From: Tubiluchus corallicola
Taxonomy: Eukaryota; Animalia; Priapulida
Length of the DNA stretch: 64,000 nucleotides
Reading direction: 5' to 3'
Assembly (NCBI GenBank): GCA_030141605.1
Contig: JAQGDQ010002375.1
Location: 248,001-312,000 of the forward strand
How positions within the stretch are numbered: position 1 is the first letter of the stretch; every line of letters starts with the position of its first letter. The translations under genes and the position numbers were made by a program. Below are positions 12,601 through 25,409 of this stretch, one piece after another. The notes below the pieces were generated by a model, which saw nothing but the letters and a program-made list of their open reading frames with translations, was not told where the DNA came from and searched no databases.

Positions 12601-15600
12601 TCTCATCTAGTGAAATATTAGGGCGTTTACTAACATAACGAGTTTTAGTAAGCCATAACATCCCTAAGTGCATTATGCAATGCGAACTAAATAAACCGTG
12701 TTCCGAGAACCGCAACTTCAAAATGAACTGTTCACAAGAAGAAGAAGAACAACAATGCAAGCAAGTACTAGATATCCTATTCTGGGATGTAAAAACTTAA
12801 ATAACATTAGAATTTAGTGAGTATACAGACAAAACGGGTTGTCTCATAAGACCAGAATTATGCAAAATATATATGATGGACTTGATTTTGATTCCAACAG
12901 ATGTAATAACTTTAAATAATTTTATTATTTAATCTGTTGAATAACTGGTGGACCCTAAAACTATGTTTCATGTTGCATAAAATAAAGTACATATGCAATT
13001 AAAAGCACCAACAAAAGTTATGGTCCCAGCGATTAACAGATTAATAGATTACAAGCACGTATGAATCCATATAATCGATAATTGAATAGCAGTTCAATTA
13101 ATCATAAATAGTAAAGGTGACACGCTGACTAAAACGCAGTATTTTAGCACAAATAAACAGTATCTTTGCGTTTTCTCTTCATTTTTCCTCACCTTACATG
13201 ATGCGCACAATTGCGAACAACCTTGTTGCAAACAGGGGACTTCAAATTTGCTGTCACACGATGGATGTAGTTACATAGTTATAAAGTTGATAGTGAAAAA
13301 GCGATGAGTGCCTATAAAAATAGTTTGCTAGTATGAAAATGTCAAACAGCGACAAAAGCTGTGAAGAAGTTATAGGTTATATTTTGCTGCAACCATTGAA
13401 AAATGTAAGTAAAACACTAAAAATCGTCGTGAAAGCTTGGTCGTGATATCGAATTGCAAAAGCAAGATTGTAAATGAATTACAAAATTTCTAAATTGCCC
13501 ATCACTAAAAGGCACTACCAAATTTCACTATCAAGGAGTATGTTTGTTAAAGCAGTCAACCTCAACTTGTATAACTTTTTTCTTATGCAAATTGTATTGC
13601 AGGGCTCCTGGCATCATAGTGCATGTGTATCATGGCAGTAGCAAAAAAGAAAAAGAGCGCGCTCTGGATAAAGTGCAACGACGAGGTGGCGTTCTTATGA
13701 CAACTTACGGGACGATTTCAACGTCTTGGGAAGAATTATCAAACTACAGAGGCAAACATTTCACTTGGGTAAGTGATCTTAATCACAATACAGTTCCATA
13801 GGTGCCATCTTTTTGTCAGTTTTCCTTTATGCCTGGTTGACTGATGTGCATCAGCAGAGCCATTTGCTTTAAGTTAGGAAGTAAAAATTGCACCAGCTAG
13901 CAACGAGAAACCTTTTTTACAATCTCCATGATTTGCTTTTGGTTTGCTTGTAGATTTACAAATCTACACTTCTTTCAACATTTATATAAATTCATTTTTA
14001 ATGACTCCAAGTGCCATTATTCAGAAGCTGACTAGCAATTACACAGATGATGAGATATCTGGGAGGAGACATGACCTGCACTTTTTCAGCTAACTTGCCT
14101 TTCGGTTTTTAGAAAAATGTTACATATTTTGGGGTTCTGGCCAATGCAGCCTGATGGTAGCCTGATTTTGAACAGGGTGTACGATGCTTATGTAACACCA
14201 TCGATTTTTAGCAAAGCAAAGAAAATGGTCAAAATAGGTTTTCAGAAATATAATACTCTGCTATATTTTGGCACTCATGTTCATTTGTGGAACGATTGTA
14301 TTAATTTGTATTGATATCTAGGATGTAGTTATTCTAGATGAGGGTCACAAAATCAAGAATCCTACCAAGACAGCAAAAGCAGCTCATGCTATTTCAGCAA
14401 GGACTCGGTTTGTGTTGAGCGGGACGCCCCTACAGAATGACTTGAGGGTTGGTTGTAAATGCATTTTTGAGTTTAACCAGATAAATGATTTGTTTGAATA
14501 TACATTGGCATTCTTTTGTTGTGTCATTTTAATGGTTTATGTATTTGAGGTTATACTGCAAAGTGAGTAACCAAATTTCCTAGAAAAGCTGCAAAATTAA
14601 ACAGAAATATTGAAAAAACTTTACATCGGTAAAATTGCTTTCACTGCAATTTTACATTTTAGAAGCATTCTAGGTAATAAAGTTTCAAAGTTCAAAAATG
14701 CAAAGACACACCTAATTGTTACTTACTGGTATCAAAATCAAATATGTCAGATCTGGTTCCAATATATCGTATCTGAGCAGTGTCAAAACAAACTCACAAG
14801 CACTTGAATTTTAGCAAAACTATTCACACTTTGTCCGTTAATAATGTGAACTGCTGCGCAATGGTGATATAGAATAAATTTTTACATTTCTTATGTAGTA
14901 TTCTCAGTTAAAGAAATGTAATCACGGTTTTCAGCTTAAGTACATGATTTTGAGCACGAGTTTCAACCATTTTAACTTTGTGAGTTCATTACTTTAGATA
15001 TCTCTCAAATACGCAATTGAACCAAAAACCTTTTGTACTAACGTATTAAGTTTTTTCAACAATTCTGTCTTGATTTCATGACTAAATGGAATTATTCCTT
15101 TTTTGTTCACCTCATTTAAATTTGATGGTTCACTTAGTAGAAGAAGTCTTTTAATTTCCTGGTCTGACGGGTTATCATTTTAACACAAGTAGCACTAACA
15201 GACATTGTGTATTGTTCTGCCATGTCGTGATATCTAAAATTGGACCGGATAGAGCATTTGGAGATGTCGCTTTCCTATTTAAAACCTCCTCACTATTTTA
15301 GCAGTGGTGTAATATCACATAACTGTATTTGTTATTACAGGCCTATAGCCTCGAAAAACTTTCCAGATTTCTAATTGTTTATACTAATGTTGCAGGAGTT
15401 GTGGGCGTTATATGACTTTGTACAGAAGGGGGCGCTGTTAGGAACAATGAGAACTTTCATGGCTGAATATGGCAACATAATTAAGCGGGTGAGTTAGTAA
15501 AATATATGCATCGCCAGTTGGACGTAGTTAATTAGACGTTCTGCCCCTCTGATGACATCTCAAGTACTCCACTTCACAATATTGATTAACGGTGGAGCAC

Positions 15601-18600
15601 ATAATTTATTTTGAATGTAAAAGCTTGTTTACAACAGCGTGTCATTGTTGGTGGAGTCTCAATGGTGGAGAATTTAGTTAATTTTGTCAACATTTAAGAA
15701 GAAAATCAAATACTTTTAAATTTAAGAATTCCATTTTATTTCTCATAGATTTTAAGATATCGTAACTTTTAATAGTTTTATTTTTATGCATGTTACACAC
15801 ACGGAACATTTTTGTTTGCTAGATTTAGTTTGTGCTGTATATCTTATCGTTTCTAATTTTTGCGAATTTTTTGCACATACGGTGTCGCAAGGCCATATTT
15901 TCAGATGTATAATGTGCTTTCTATATTACTAATAAATATTAATCAATTGCCTTTTACTTAAAAGGAGGATAAAGTCTTTGGTTAAGGGTTTATGTGTGTC
16001 TCGGCTCTTCATTTAAGCCATATATGGTATTTTAAATAAATTGTTTTTTTACTTTGGAAATGTGAGTAATATTTCTTTAAGCAGTTTTAAAACTCACTTT
16101 TTTATTTTTAAAGTGCAATTTTATGCCGTGCGTATGTTTTTATTCCCCCTTTTTTTAATATGTGGCTTAACTAGATTTGTGATTTCAGTGCACAGAGATA
16201 CATGCAAAAATTCATTTTATGAGAATTTCTTTACTCATTGCTGTTTTTATTCTTGATACTTATTCTTTTGTTCTTTGTTTACATATATAATTTGATATAT
16301 GATTACCCTGCATATTAAATGTTTTTAGTGCGATCCTGATATATGTGTGTGTGTGTGTGCGTACGTGTGTGTGAGTGCACATGCGTGCGTGCCTGCAAAA
16401 ACACAAGGTTTCGTGTTTACATGTTTTTAAGCTTCCTTTGCAGTCTAGAGAGAAAGATGCGACTCCGGGTGAGAAAAGATTAGGTGAAGAAATGGCACAG
16501 AGTTTGAGGCAACTCATCCGTCCATACTTCTTACGCCGAACGAAGGCTGATGTGAATATGGAAGATCCGGACGGAAACAAGGAAAACAGGGGAAATGAGA
16601 AAACTCATAGCTTGTCAGTTACTACTGTTAATGCAGACCAACAAAAGTTAGTACATGTTGTGACTTGTAAGAATGTTAACGATAACAATATGGTGTTGAT
16701 AATAGTATCTATACGGAAAATTAGTTTTTATCGTTATCATATCGATATGATTCTAGGAATGTAGTTTTTGCATTGAATTCGGTGTGTACCACTACATATC
16801 GCTCACATTTATAAAAGCATTTAGCTTTTTCCTTTGTGCACTAGGATTATGCAAAAAAAAATCGAAAAAAAGAGTTATTTATTGAAATAAGGTTGTACCA
16901 ATAACCTCTTTGTATTTGTTCATGCAATAGCAGCTGTCTTCAGTCTGTTTATAGACACACGTGTTCCAAGTTCGGTATTTTTAGAGGCATTGTCGCATTT
17001 ATGGGTTCACAAATAAATATATTATGTAGTAACAGGTCTATACATAATATGTTTATCTGTCACATATTGATATTATTTTATGACTAAACAAAGACTAAAA
17101 CTTTGTCATAAATTACATGTATCTATATATTAATAGGGAAACTAATGCGTAGTAAAAGCAAAATCTATAACATATTATGTGAGTAGGAGCAGAGAAAGAC
17201 CCATTGGTCACTGCCTCAGCTGCTCCTTTTTTTAGAAAAGAAAATACACTGTTGCAATACACTGAGATTCCTTGCACAACTAACCAAACTTTCAGTGTTG
17301 TTTTTGTCGTTCAAAATAACATCGTATCATATCGTTTGAAGAAGAGGTTATTGTTTTCGGAAACTGTCTTCAGAAAAAAGTATGTCGTATTACCAAATCA
17401 TTCATCTTTACATTTAACATCACAACGTTTTTCATCTAGTGCTTTAAAGAAATTATCTACAACAAAATGATAATAGGCAGTCTATCATACATATGTTACT
17501 AAACTGAATCAGTGATACCATTTTGTTGTTTTGGATGCTGTTTGAAGCCAGAACACTTTTTCTTTATCCTTTGTTTAGCTTTTCAAATAACTTACCTCAG
17601 AAGAATGAGTTCATCGTTTGGTTGTTTCTAACTGATGTTCAACAGAAGATATACCAGGATTTTTTGGCTCTAGATCAGATAAAGGAAGTGAGTATGTTTA
17701 GTAACCTAAGTTTTTTTGCATAATTTGCATAGCATTCGTGGCAAACAAGTCTCCAAAGCCAGGTTTTCAGGGTCCAAAGCCACGTTTTCACGGGATTCGT
17801 GCTTTCGGCGGCTATCGATTAATTATGCACGTCATACTGTGATGTTTATGCTTAATCTAAGTTTGTAATAGTTAGATGTATGTTTTTGACTGAATTTGAT
17901 TGATACCTACTTGCTTATCATTTACTATTGCTTATCTATCTATCCATTTATTGAATGAAGATTATTAATTATTTTTTAAAACATATTCACACAGTTATTG
18001 ATGACGAGTCGATCACCTCTTGTTGAGCTGACTGTTTTAAAGAAACTCTGTGATCATCCTAGATTGTTGTCCAGAAACGCTTGTGCTCAGTTAGGCTTAG
18101 ATGGTGAAAGTGGGTAAGTTCTGAACTTCTTCGACTTTTCAAAATGTATTCTATGTGAATCTGTTGTGCCATGTTTATTATTTCTGAATTCATAATTGTG
18201 GAAACTGGGTATAGGAAAGCTAAACATTTTTGAAATGTAATCCGACAGCAACTAGCTATATTTTATTCTGTTTTTTTTGCTATTATTTGTAACACTCAAA
18301 ATTTTGTGTGTAAGAGTGTTATCTATATTAGCTGTTTATAGTCTTTCATTCATATGAGTACTAAATTTCACAAGACATTAGTGAAGTTTCACAGAATTGC
18401 AGTAGTTGCAAATTATGTTCAGCAGCAATCATAGGATTCATTGTGCACTTTGTACTTTAACAGTGTACCAAGGCCTAACAAAAATATTTATTTCAACAAA
18501 GTAGAGAAAGAAGTCGGGCGGCTGATAATGTTTGACGGTTTGGATGTTCAATTTAAGTCTTACGACTTTTGTGAAGGTGACATTATAAAATTCCTAACTT

Positions 18601-21600
18601 TGGCTTTGACGTCTTTTAAATAATTACCAGAGATTGTAAACTACTGAGTATTGACTTCACTACTTCAGCAGTTCTCAAGCTGTTGTACCAATTTTAGAAT
18701 ATTTTCAGGCTTTGCTAAGCTACAATCATCACCGTATCAACCAAATTTTGTATTGCACACGTAGAGTTCAGACTGCTGTGCAAGTTTGGTTGGAATCAGA
18801 TCAGCAGTCTCAAGGAAATAGCGAAGAAACACAGACAGACTCTATTCAGAATAAGAGTCGGCTGAGCCATCAGACCAGAGCTTTTTTCTGTTTTTAATGT
18901 ATTACTAAAATCAATGAATCAGCTGGAAAAAATTTTGAAAATTAAACATGAAGGTGCTTTCAAAGATTTTGTCTGTACTTCAGTAAAAGTTAAGCACTGG
19001 CTCTTGCTTAACACTAAGTGTGGGGAATTCTGTGATAACAAATTTGATTTATGTTTTGTTTAGGTTAGATATGGGTGACACTACTGGTCCAGACACGTCT
19101 CCTCATGCCATGAATATGAAAATCGATCACGTTAGTGATTTTGATCTGACAATGGAGTCTGGAAAGTTCGTCGTTTTGTTTCCTTTACTGGACCAGCTGA
19201 AAGCAGACGGCCATCGGACATTATTCTTTTCCCAGTCCCGGAAGATACTTGATATAGTAGAACGTATACTACAAAACAAAGTATGCTGTTAAAGTTGTTG
19301 TTTTAAACTAGTTCTTTTGCTAGATTTTACTAGAAACAGGCACCTCAATTCAAACGATTAAATGAGCTATTGATTGATGTCTTTTTACAAGGTCAGTTTA
19401 TTTGACATTATTTGTGATTCTGGTTGAGATTTTTGTAAAATGTAGATATGATAGTGTTGTTATATATAGTCTTGTGATGAACAAAGCACTAAGTAACTGT
19501 GTATTCTGTCATTATTCATTTCGTATTCTTTTAAAAATATCAGTTATTTAACTTTGAAGTTCTGTTTCATAATAGGCAATCTTTTATGGTGTCTCTCAAC
19601 ATACAGTTAAGTTACCAGGTTTTTGGGTTGATTTCAATTTCTTGCTAGAAATGGTAAAGTTATTGGTTATTTTATTTGAATTGTTTTATGGGAATATTCT
19701 ATTTATCGTGGTCGAATTTAATTATGATTTTGTACCTTTTCTGGTTTATTTTAGGGCTATAAGCTGCTTAGATTAGATGGTACTATCTCAAAGCCTGCTG
19801 AAAGAGAAATTCTTATACAAAAATTCCAGAAAAATGATAACTATTCCGTGTTTCTGTTGACCACTCAGGTTGGAGGAGTGGGTCTCACACTGACCGCTGC
19901 TGATAGAGTAGTAGTGTTTGACCCTAGCTGGAATCCAGCAATTGATGCTCAAGCAGTTGACCGTGCTTACAGGATCGGACAGACCAGGTAAGTAAATGAT
20001 GAATAAACCCTTAATTACAACTTGTAAACATTTTTCTGCCAAATGTTTTCATCGGCACAAAAATTGTATTGAAATCTAAGTCTTCTGAATAAACAGTAAA
20101 GTCAATTCGGTGATGTAAAACTTCATCACTAAATGGACTTATTTCCTGAGTTTGAAATACAACGTTTTGGTAGATTACTATCAGTAACATTAAATTGTGT
20201 GTGAAATTAAATTATTAGTTCGTTGAATAGTAATGTTAATCTAATAATTTTGACTTAAAACCTGCTAAAACGTTGTGTTTCAAACTTTGGTAATAAATGC
20301 GTTTAGTGTCAGCAGACATCTAGTAGAGCTTGAACTCTGACATATTTAAATAGTGGGAAAAATTTTGTCACCAAATTATCTTTTAACATATTGAGAATTG
20401 TGAATTTTAATTTTATTTGGTTATGGACAGTCCTGGGAAGGTCAGTTTTGGTTGTTTCAAGGTTCTGTTGACACATTTCTTGTAAGGCTCAAACAGATCT
20501 AATTTTTAAATTTAAGTTCATTCATTTACTAATGCACTTTGATTAGTTCTATATCAAACAAATTCTTACCCAGTCAGAGTATACATTGCACTGACAGCAA
20601 AAGGAGCATCATAATACTTAGTAAGCTAAAACAATTCTACAGTTTACTGCCTTAAAAAATTCAAAAAATTTGACTACATTGTGTGTTTTAATAAAGTGTA
20701 GCACTTCGTGCATGTTAACAGCATGTTTTGTCTTTTTTGCTTGTGCTGTATTATATTAGCATTTCGCGACTCGCAAACTTCCATCATGTCGTTCCCTATA
20801 TTCATTTGATTTTGCAGATGGACAAATGTTAGGAAATACCTTTAGTTTGTGTGGCTTTGTCCTGAAAGTAAAATGTTTGTCAACAACTGTCTCTGGTTCA
20901 CTTAGGAACACAATAATCACTTACCGTGTCCATTATTTTTCTTGAATTAGTAGTAGTTTATTCGTATAAATATACTAATTTTTGGCAATTATTAACGGAT
21001 GAATGCTATTATTCCACAATTTGAATTTTTTATCATCATCATCATCATCATCATCATTATTATTATTATTATTTATTATTGTTATTAATATTGTATTGTG
21101 AATGTCGTCGTTGTCGGCGCAGCATCGATTTTCACATCAACAGCTTTTCTGATTCTCGGTGCCTAATCTCCTTCTCATCAATCCTTCTCTTTCTCCTTTT
21201 CTGTTTCTTCTCGAGTTGGCCTTTAAGTTATGCCGCTGTATTCCCATCTTCATGTCCTCTCAGCCACAGACATCAATGTATGTAATTGAATTGAAGCTAC
21301 AGTGTTAAATTGTTTATAGAAATGCACAAGTCTGTATATTATGCTAGATAAATAAAAAATCTTGAAATCTTACCCTTAGCTTATTATTTCTACAGGCCAG
21401 TTGTGGTTTATCGCTTGATAACTTGTGGCACGGTAGAAGAAAAGATATATAGAAGACAAATCTTCAAAAATTCCCTTACGCAACAGACAACTGAGGGTGT
21501 TAAAAACCCATACAGGTAAAATTGGCATAAAATAAGCCTAAGAAATTTTTTAAGAGCTGTAGCTTTCAAACAAAGAATTAGTTATCCAGAAAAATTAGCG

Positions 21601-24600
21601 AAAATTCATCGCTGTATATTTGTTAGTAGGTTACTAATCGACACGTCTGAATAGAACAAATGGGGTGTACTTTAACACTTGTTACGATATTATCTTTGTG
21701 AGTAATTTTTAGCAAATTTTTAACTGGTTGCAGTAATCAGTGTTAGGTATTCATTTTTGGAAAATGAGGTGTTACTGCCATTAGTAGTTACAAAGCAAAA
21801 GTAATTTTTTATCTGTTACTATTTTTTATCAGTTAGAGCCATGTTGGTGTACTATTTAATAATTTTTACTACCTACTGAGAACTTACTTTGCTTATGAGT
21901 CAGTAATTTTCCACAGCTTATTTAATTTAATATAAGTTTTTTACAACTTAAAATCCTTTTTTCATTGCAAATATTTAATTTATTTTATTATAAACTTACT
22001 GTGAAACTTGTTTCTTTTGGTTTTTTATCACTTTGTTGTTAGTGGTATTAAATTTGAAAAAAAACGCCATTTTTCGTTGTTTAGACAAATGATGTTATAA
22101 GTACAGTCACGAGGTGACCAAAGACACTTTCTGTACTTCGTGAGACATTCTCACTCACTCATGCCAAAAACACGAAACATGGCGATCTTACCCCAGTGCA
22201 TGCATTCGAAATTCTCCAGAAAAAGATAGTTTATTTAATTTGTAAATTTCTTTTGTTTAATAATAACTATGAATTCTTTGTGTAATCACAATAATGTGTT
22301 AAAAAAGCGTCATGTCTGTTGCATTTATATAGGCCTCTAAGCTCTAATACTAAATTTGCGTGTGGCAGCCATACAAGTCACACTTTTTTTTTGGCATGTA
22401 AATTTTAAAAGATAAATGAAACAGTATTTTCAACTGTTGTTCATGTTTGCCATCTCTAAATCATATTTTTATGGCAATTGCTTGTGAGAAATGCACATTA
22501 CCAGTAACAATGTTGCTTGTATGTGGCTAAAAACTAATTAGTGACAGGTGTTATGTTTGTTTTTACAAGGTACTTCTCCAGACAAGAACTTTTTGAATTA
22601 TTCACACTCGATGATCCTCACTTCTCTAACACTCAGAAGCAGTTGGAGGAGTTGCACACGCGTCAGCGAAAGACTTACACGGAGCTAGATGAACATATAG
22701 CATTTCTCTATTCATTAGGTCAGCGTTAGTTGTAACGTTATATACAGAGACACCTATTAACGGGTTATTTTTGTAAATTACTTGAATCCTGTCATTTTTC
22801 AGTAAAATAATTCCATGCAGACGGTAAAAAAGAACCATTTTGATGTGAACTCATTTCATCTTTATTGTATTTTGCTGCAACGGACATACAGAGCTTAGCT
22901 AAACTAATATAAAAATATTGTCGAGTTACCCGTAAAGTCAATAATATATAATATATTGGTGGAATGTGCTAGTCAAACCCATGAATACAAATATATCCTC
23001 TTGAAAAAAGGTCAAAGTAGAGCCAGGTGTTTCAACAAGATGTCTGGGCCTCATGCCTCAGTTCCTGTGAAAAGTGAATGATAAGCATGAACAAACTGTT
23101 TGCAAAATGTAATACATAATAATGCAAAATAATGGTAGAAACTCGCAATGACGTGCGATTACTAGATTAATGAAATTAATCGGTACTACAGCGATGTATA
23201 AATCAATATAATCAATAATTGAACAATAATTCAGTTAATCGAGAAGAAAATAGTACGTGTTACACGCTGACTAAAATGCAGTATTTTAGTACAAATAAAC
23301 AATTTTTGGTATTTTTTCTTCGTTTTTCTCGCTTTACGTAATGCACAAAATTGCGAGCCACAGTTACGTTGCAAAATGTGGTCTTCTCTTCTTTTATGGG
23401 TCAAATTCGATGATGCATGATGTGCGCAGTGACGTAGTCATAGAACAGTTAATGAAAAGGCGTTGCGTCAAGTATGAAAATAGCAAACAGCGACGAAAAC
23501 TCTAAAACAGTTATAGGCTATATTTCACTGCAATGAATGTACACTATCTAAGTTAGTGTTATTTGCTGTTCTTCTGTTTTGTAAAGCAAGCATTAATTTG
23601 AAAAACCTTGATGTAACAATACAAGAAATATTTGCAATTTTTCTTCATTGTTTATTAACTTATCTCATTAAAAGAAATTCATGTACTGGTACCATTTTCA
23701 GATATTTTTGGAATCAGCGATCATGACTTGATGTTCAGTCAGCAAGCAAGTAAAGAAGAACTAGAGGGAGCCGGTGTAGAGGAAGATTATATACAAGCTC
23801 GGGTAAAATATTTTTTAATACTGTTGCTGCAAAAACAGTTATGTACAATGGTACATGCCATTCTGACAGGACTTTCAGTTAACAGATTATAGAAATTGGA
23901 ACCGAGACGACAAACAATGTGTGATGGTCTGTTGCATCAAACGTCACAGCAGCAAGTGAAAATGGGCTGCCTAATAAAAATCAATAAAATGTAATCATTA
24001 TGATAATCTGATTTATAGAATTGTTATTACTTGTGATAACCAATGTGCATAAGAGATTAAATTTACTTTTTGAAAAAAAATAAATTTATAATATAAGTCA
24101 AAGTGTAATTGTTTAACACAGGTGCAAAAGGCATTGTCTTCTATGCAGACTGAATCTGACTTAAATGTTCAGTTATATGAAGAAAATCAAAAGAATCCTA
24201 ATGTGGTAGCAACAAAGCCAAGTACGTAAAATTTTATTACAATTTCTTTATAACTATTTATATTAAAATGCTTTAATTATTGAAATTTCTGTATTTTTTA
24301 ATGTACTAGTTGCATTTGTGTTGATACGAAATAAGCAGTCTTCAATTTGCTAAACACTTTTGTCTAACTGTGTGGTTAGACAAAAGTTATATTATATATT
24401 CTTGGAAACTGGAGTTTGGAAAGTTTAACCAGGTTACTGTAACTAGCACTAATATTTAAAATGACTAGGCATATGTAGAACATGAATACACTGGCTTGAG
24501 GTTATAGATAGAAGGTGAAAATGTACGCATTTTTAAACTAGTAATGTTTTTTTGATATAAGACTTGAGTTTACTCATAGCTTTGGAGACTGCAAATATTG

Positions 24601-25355
24601 ATAATTTATATTTATTGTTAATAATGTACAAAAATGTGATTTCTTTGCATCTGCATTTTCATTTTAAACTTTACACATCTAGTGGAAGTCGTTTTCAAGT
24701 GTTTCCTAAATTTTAACGCTATTTATGCAATTTGTACATTTCTCTGAAATTTCTTCCTTTAGAAAGTCGTTTATTTTGATAAGTGAAATTCTGCTCTGTT
24801 GTTTTGTAGTTTCAGTTTATGCCTTTGTATCATTAATGTATTAATTACCCTTCTTTTCTGGCTTGATGTATAGTTTGATAATGGCTACAGTAGTCGATAC
24901 GATTGTCGCTCAGTAAACATGATGATAACATTTTTAATTTAGTCAGGTGTTGCTGTAAATGAATTCCAGCATGCAGTGTAGCCAATGTTGCAGATCTTTT
25001 TGTTTCTTTATGTTGTATTCAGATGCTTTGTGTTTGTTTGCATAGTTTGTAGTTGATACACTAATTATGTTTAATTAACAATAATAAGTATTGTTTGAAA
25101 ATTTTAAGTGAGATGAACTACTTTGGCACACATGGAAAGCGCATGTTACTCTTTATATAAATGCGATATTTATTATTCTTTGATATTACTATTACTATTG
25201 TTTAATATTGCTACTAGTGCTGTTGCTGCTACAACAATGGCGGCTGCTGCCGTTACTACTAGCTTTACTGTTACTGTTACTGCTGTTACTTCTACTGCTG
25301 CTACTCACTACTGAAACTACTATTATTGCTTCTACTACTACTACTACTACTACTA

Positions 25356-25409
<54 letters not shown>

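Noticed and set aside
15545-15580. CTGATGA motifs (also near 25974, 40400 and 56522) as hammerhead or C/D-box cores
   Set aside because: No properly placed GAAA with flanking stems and no C/D terminal stem were found.
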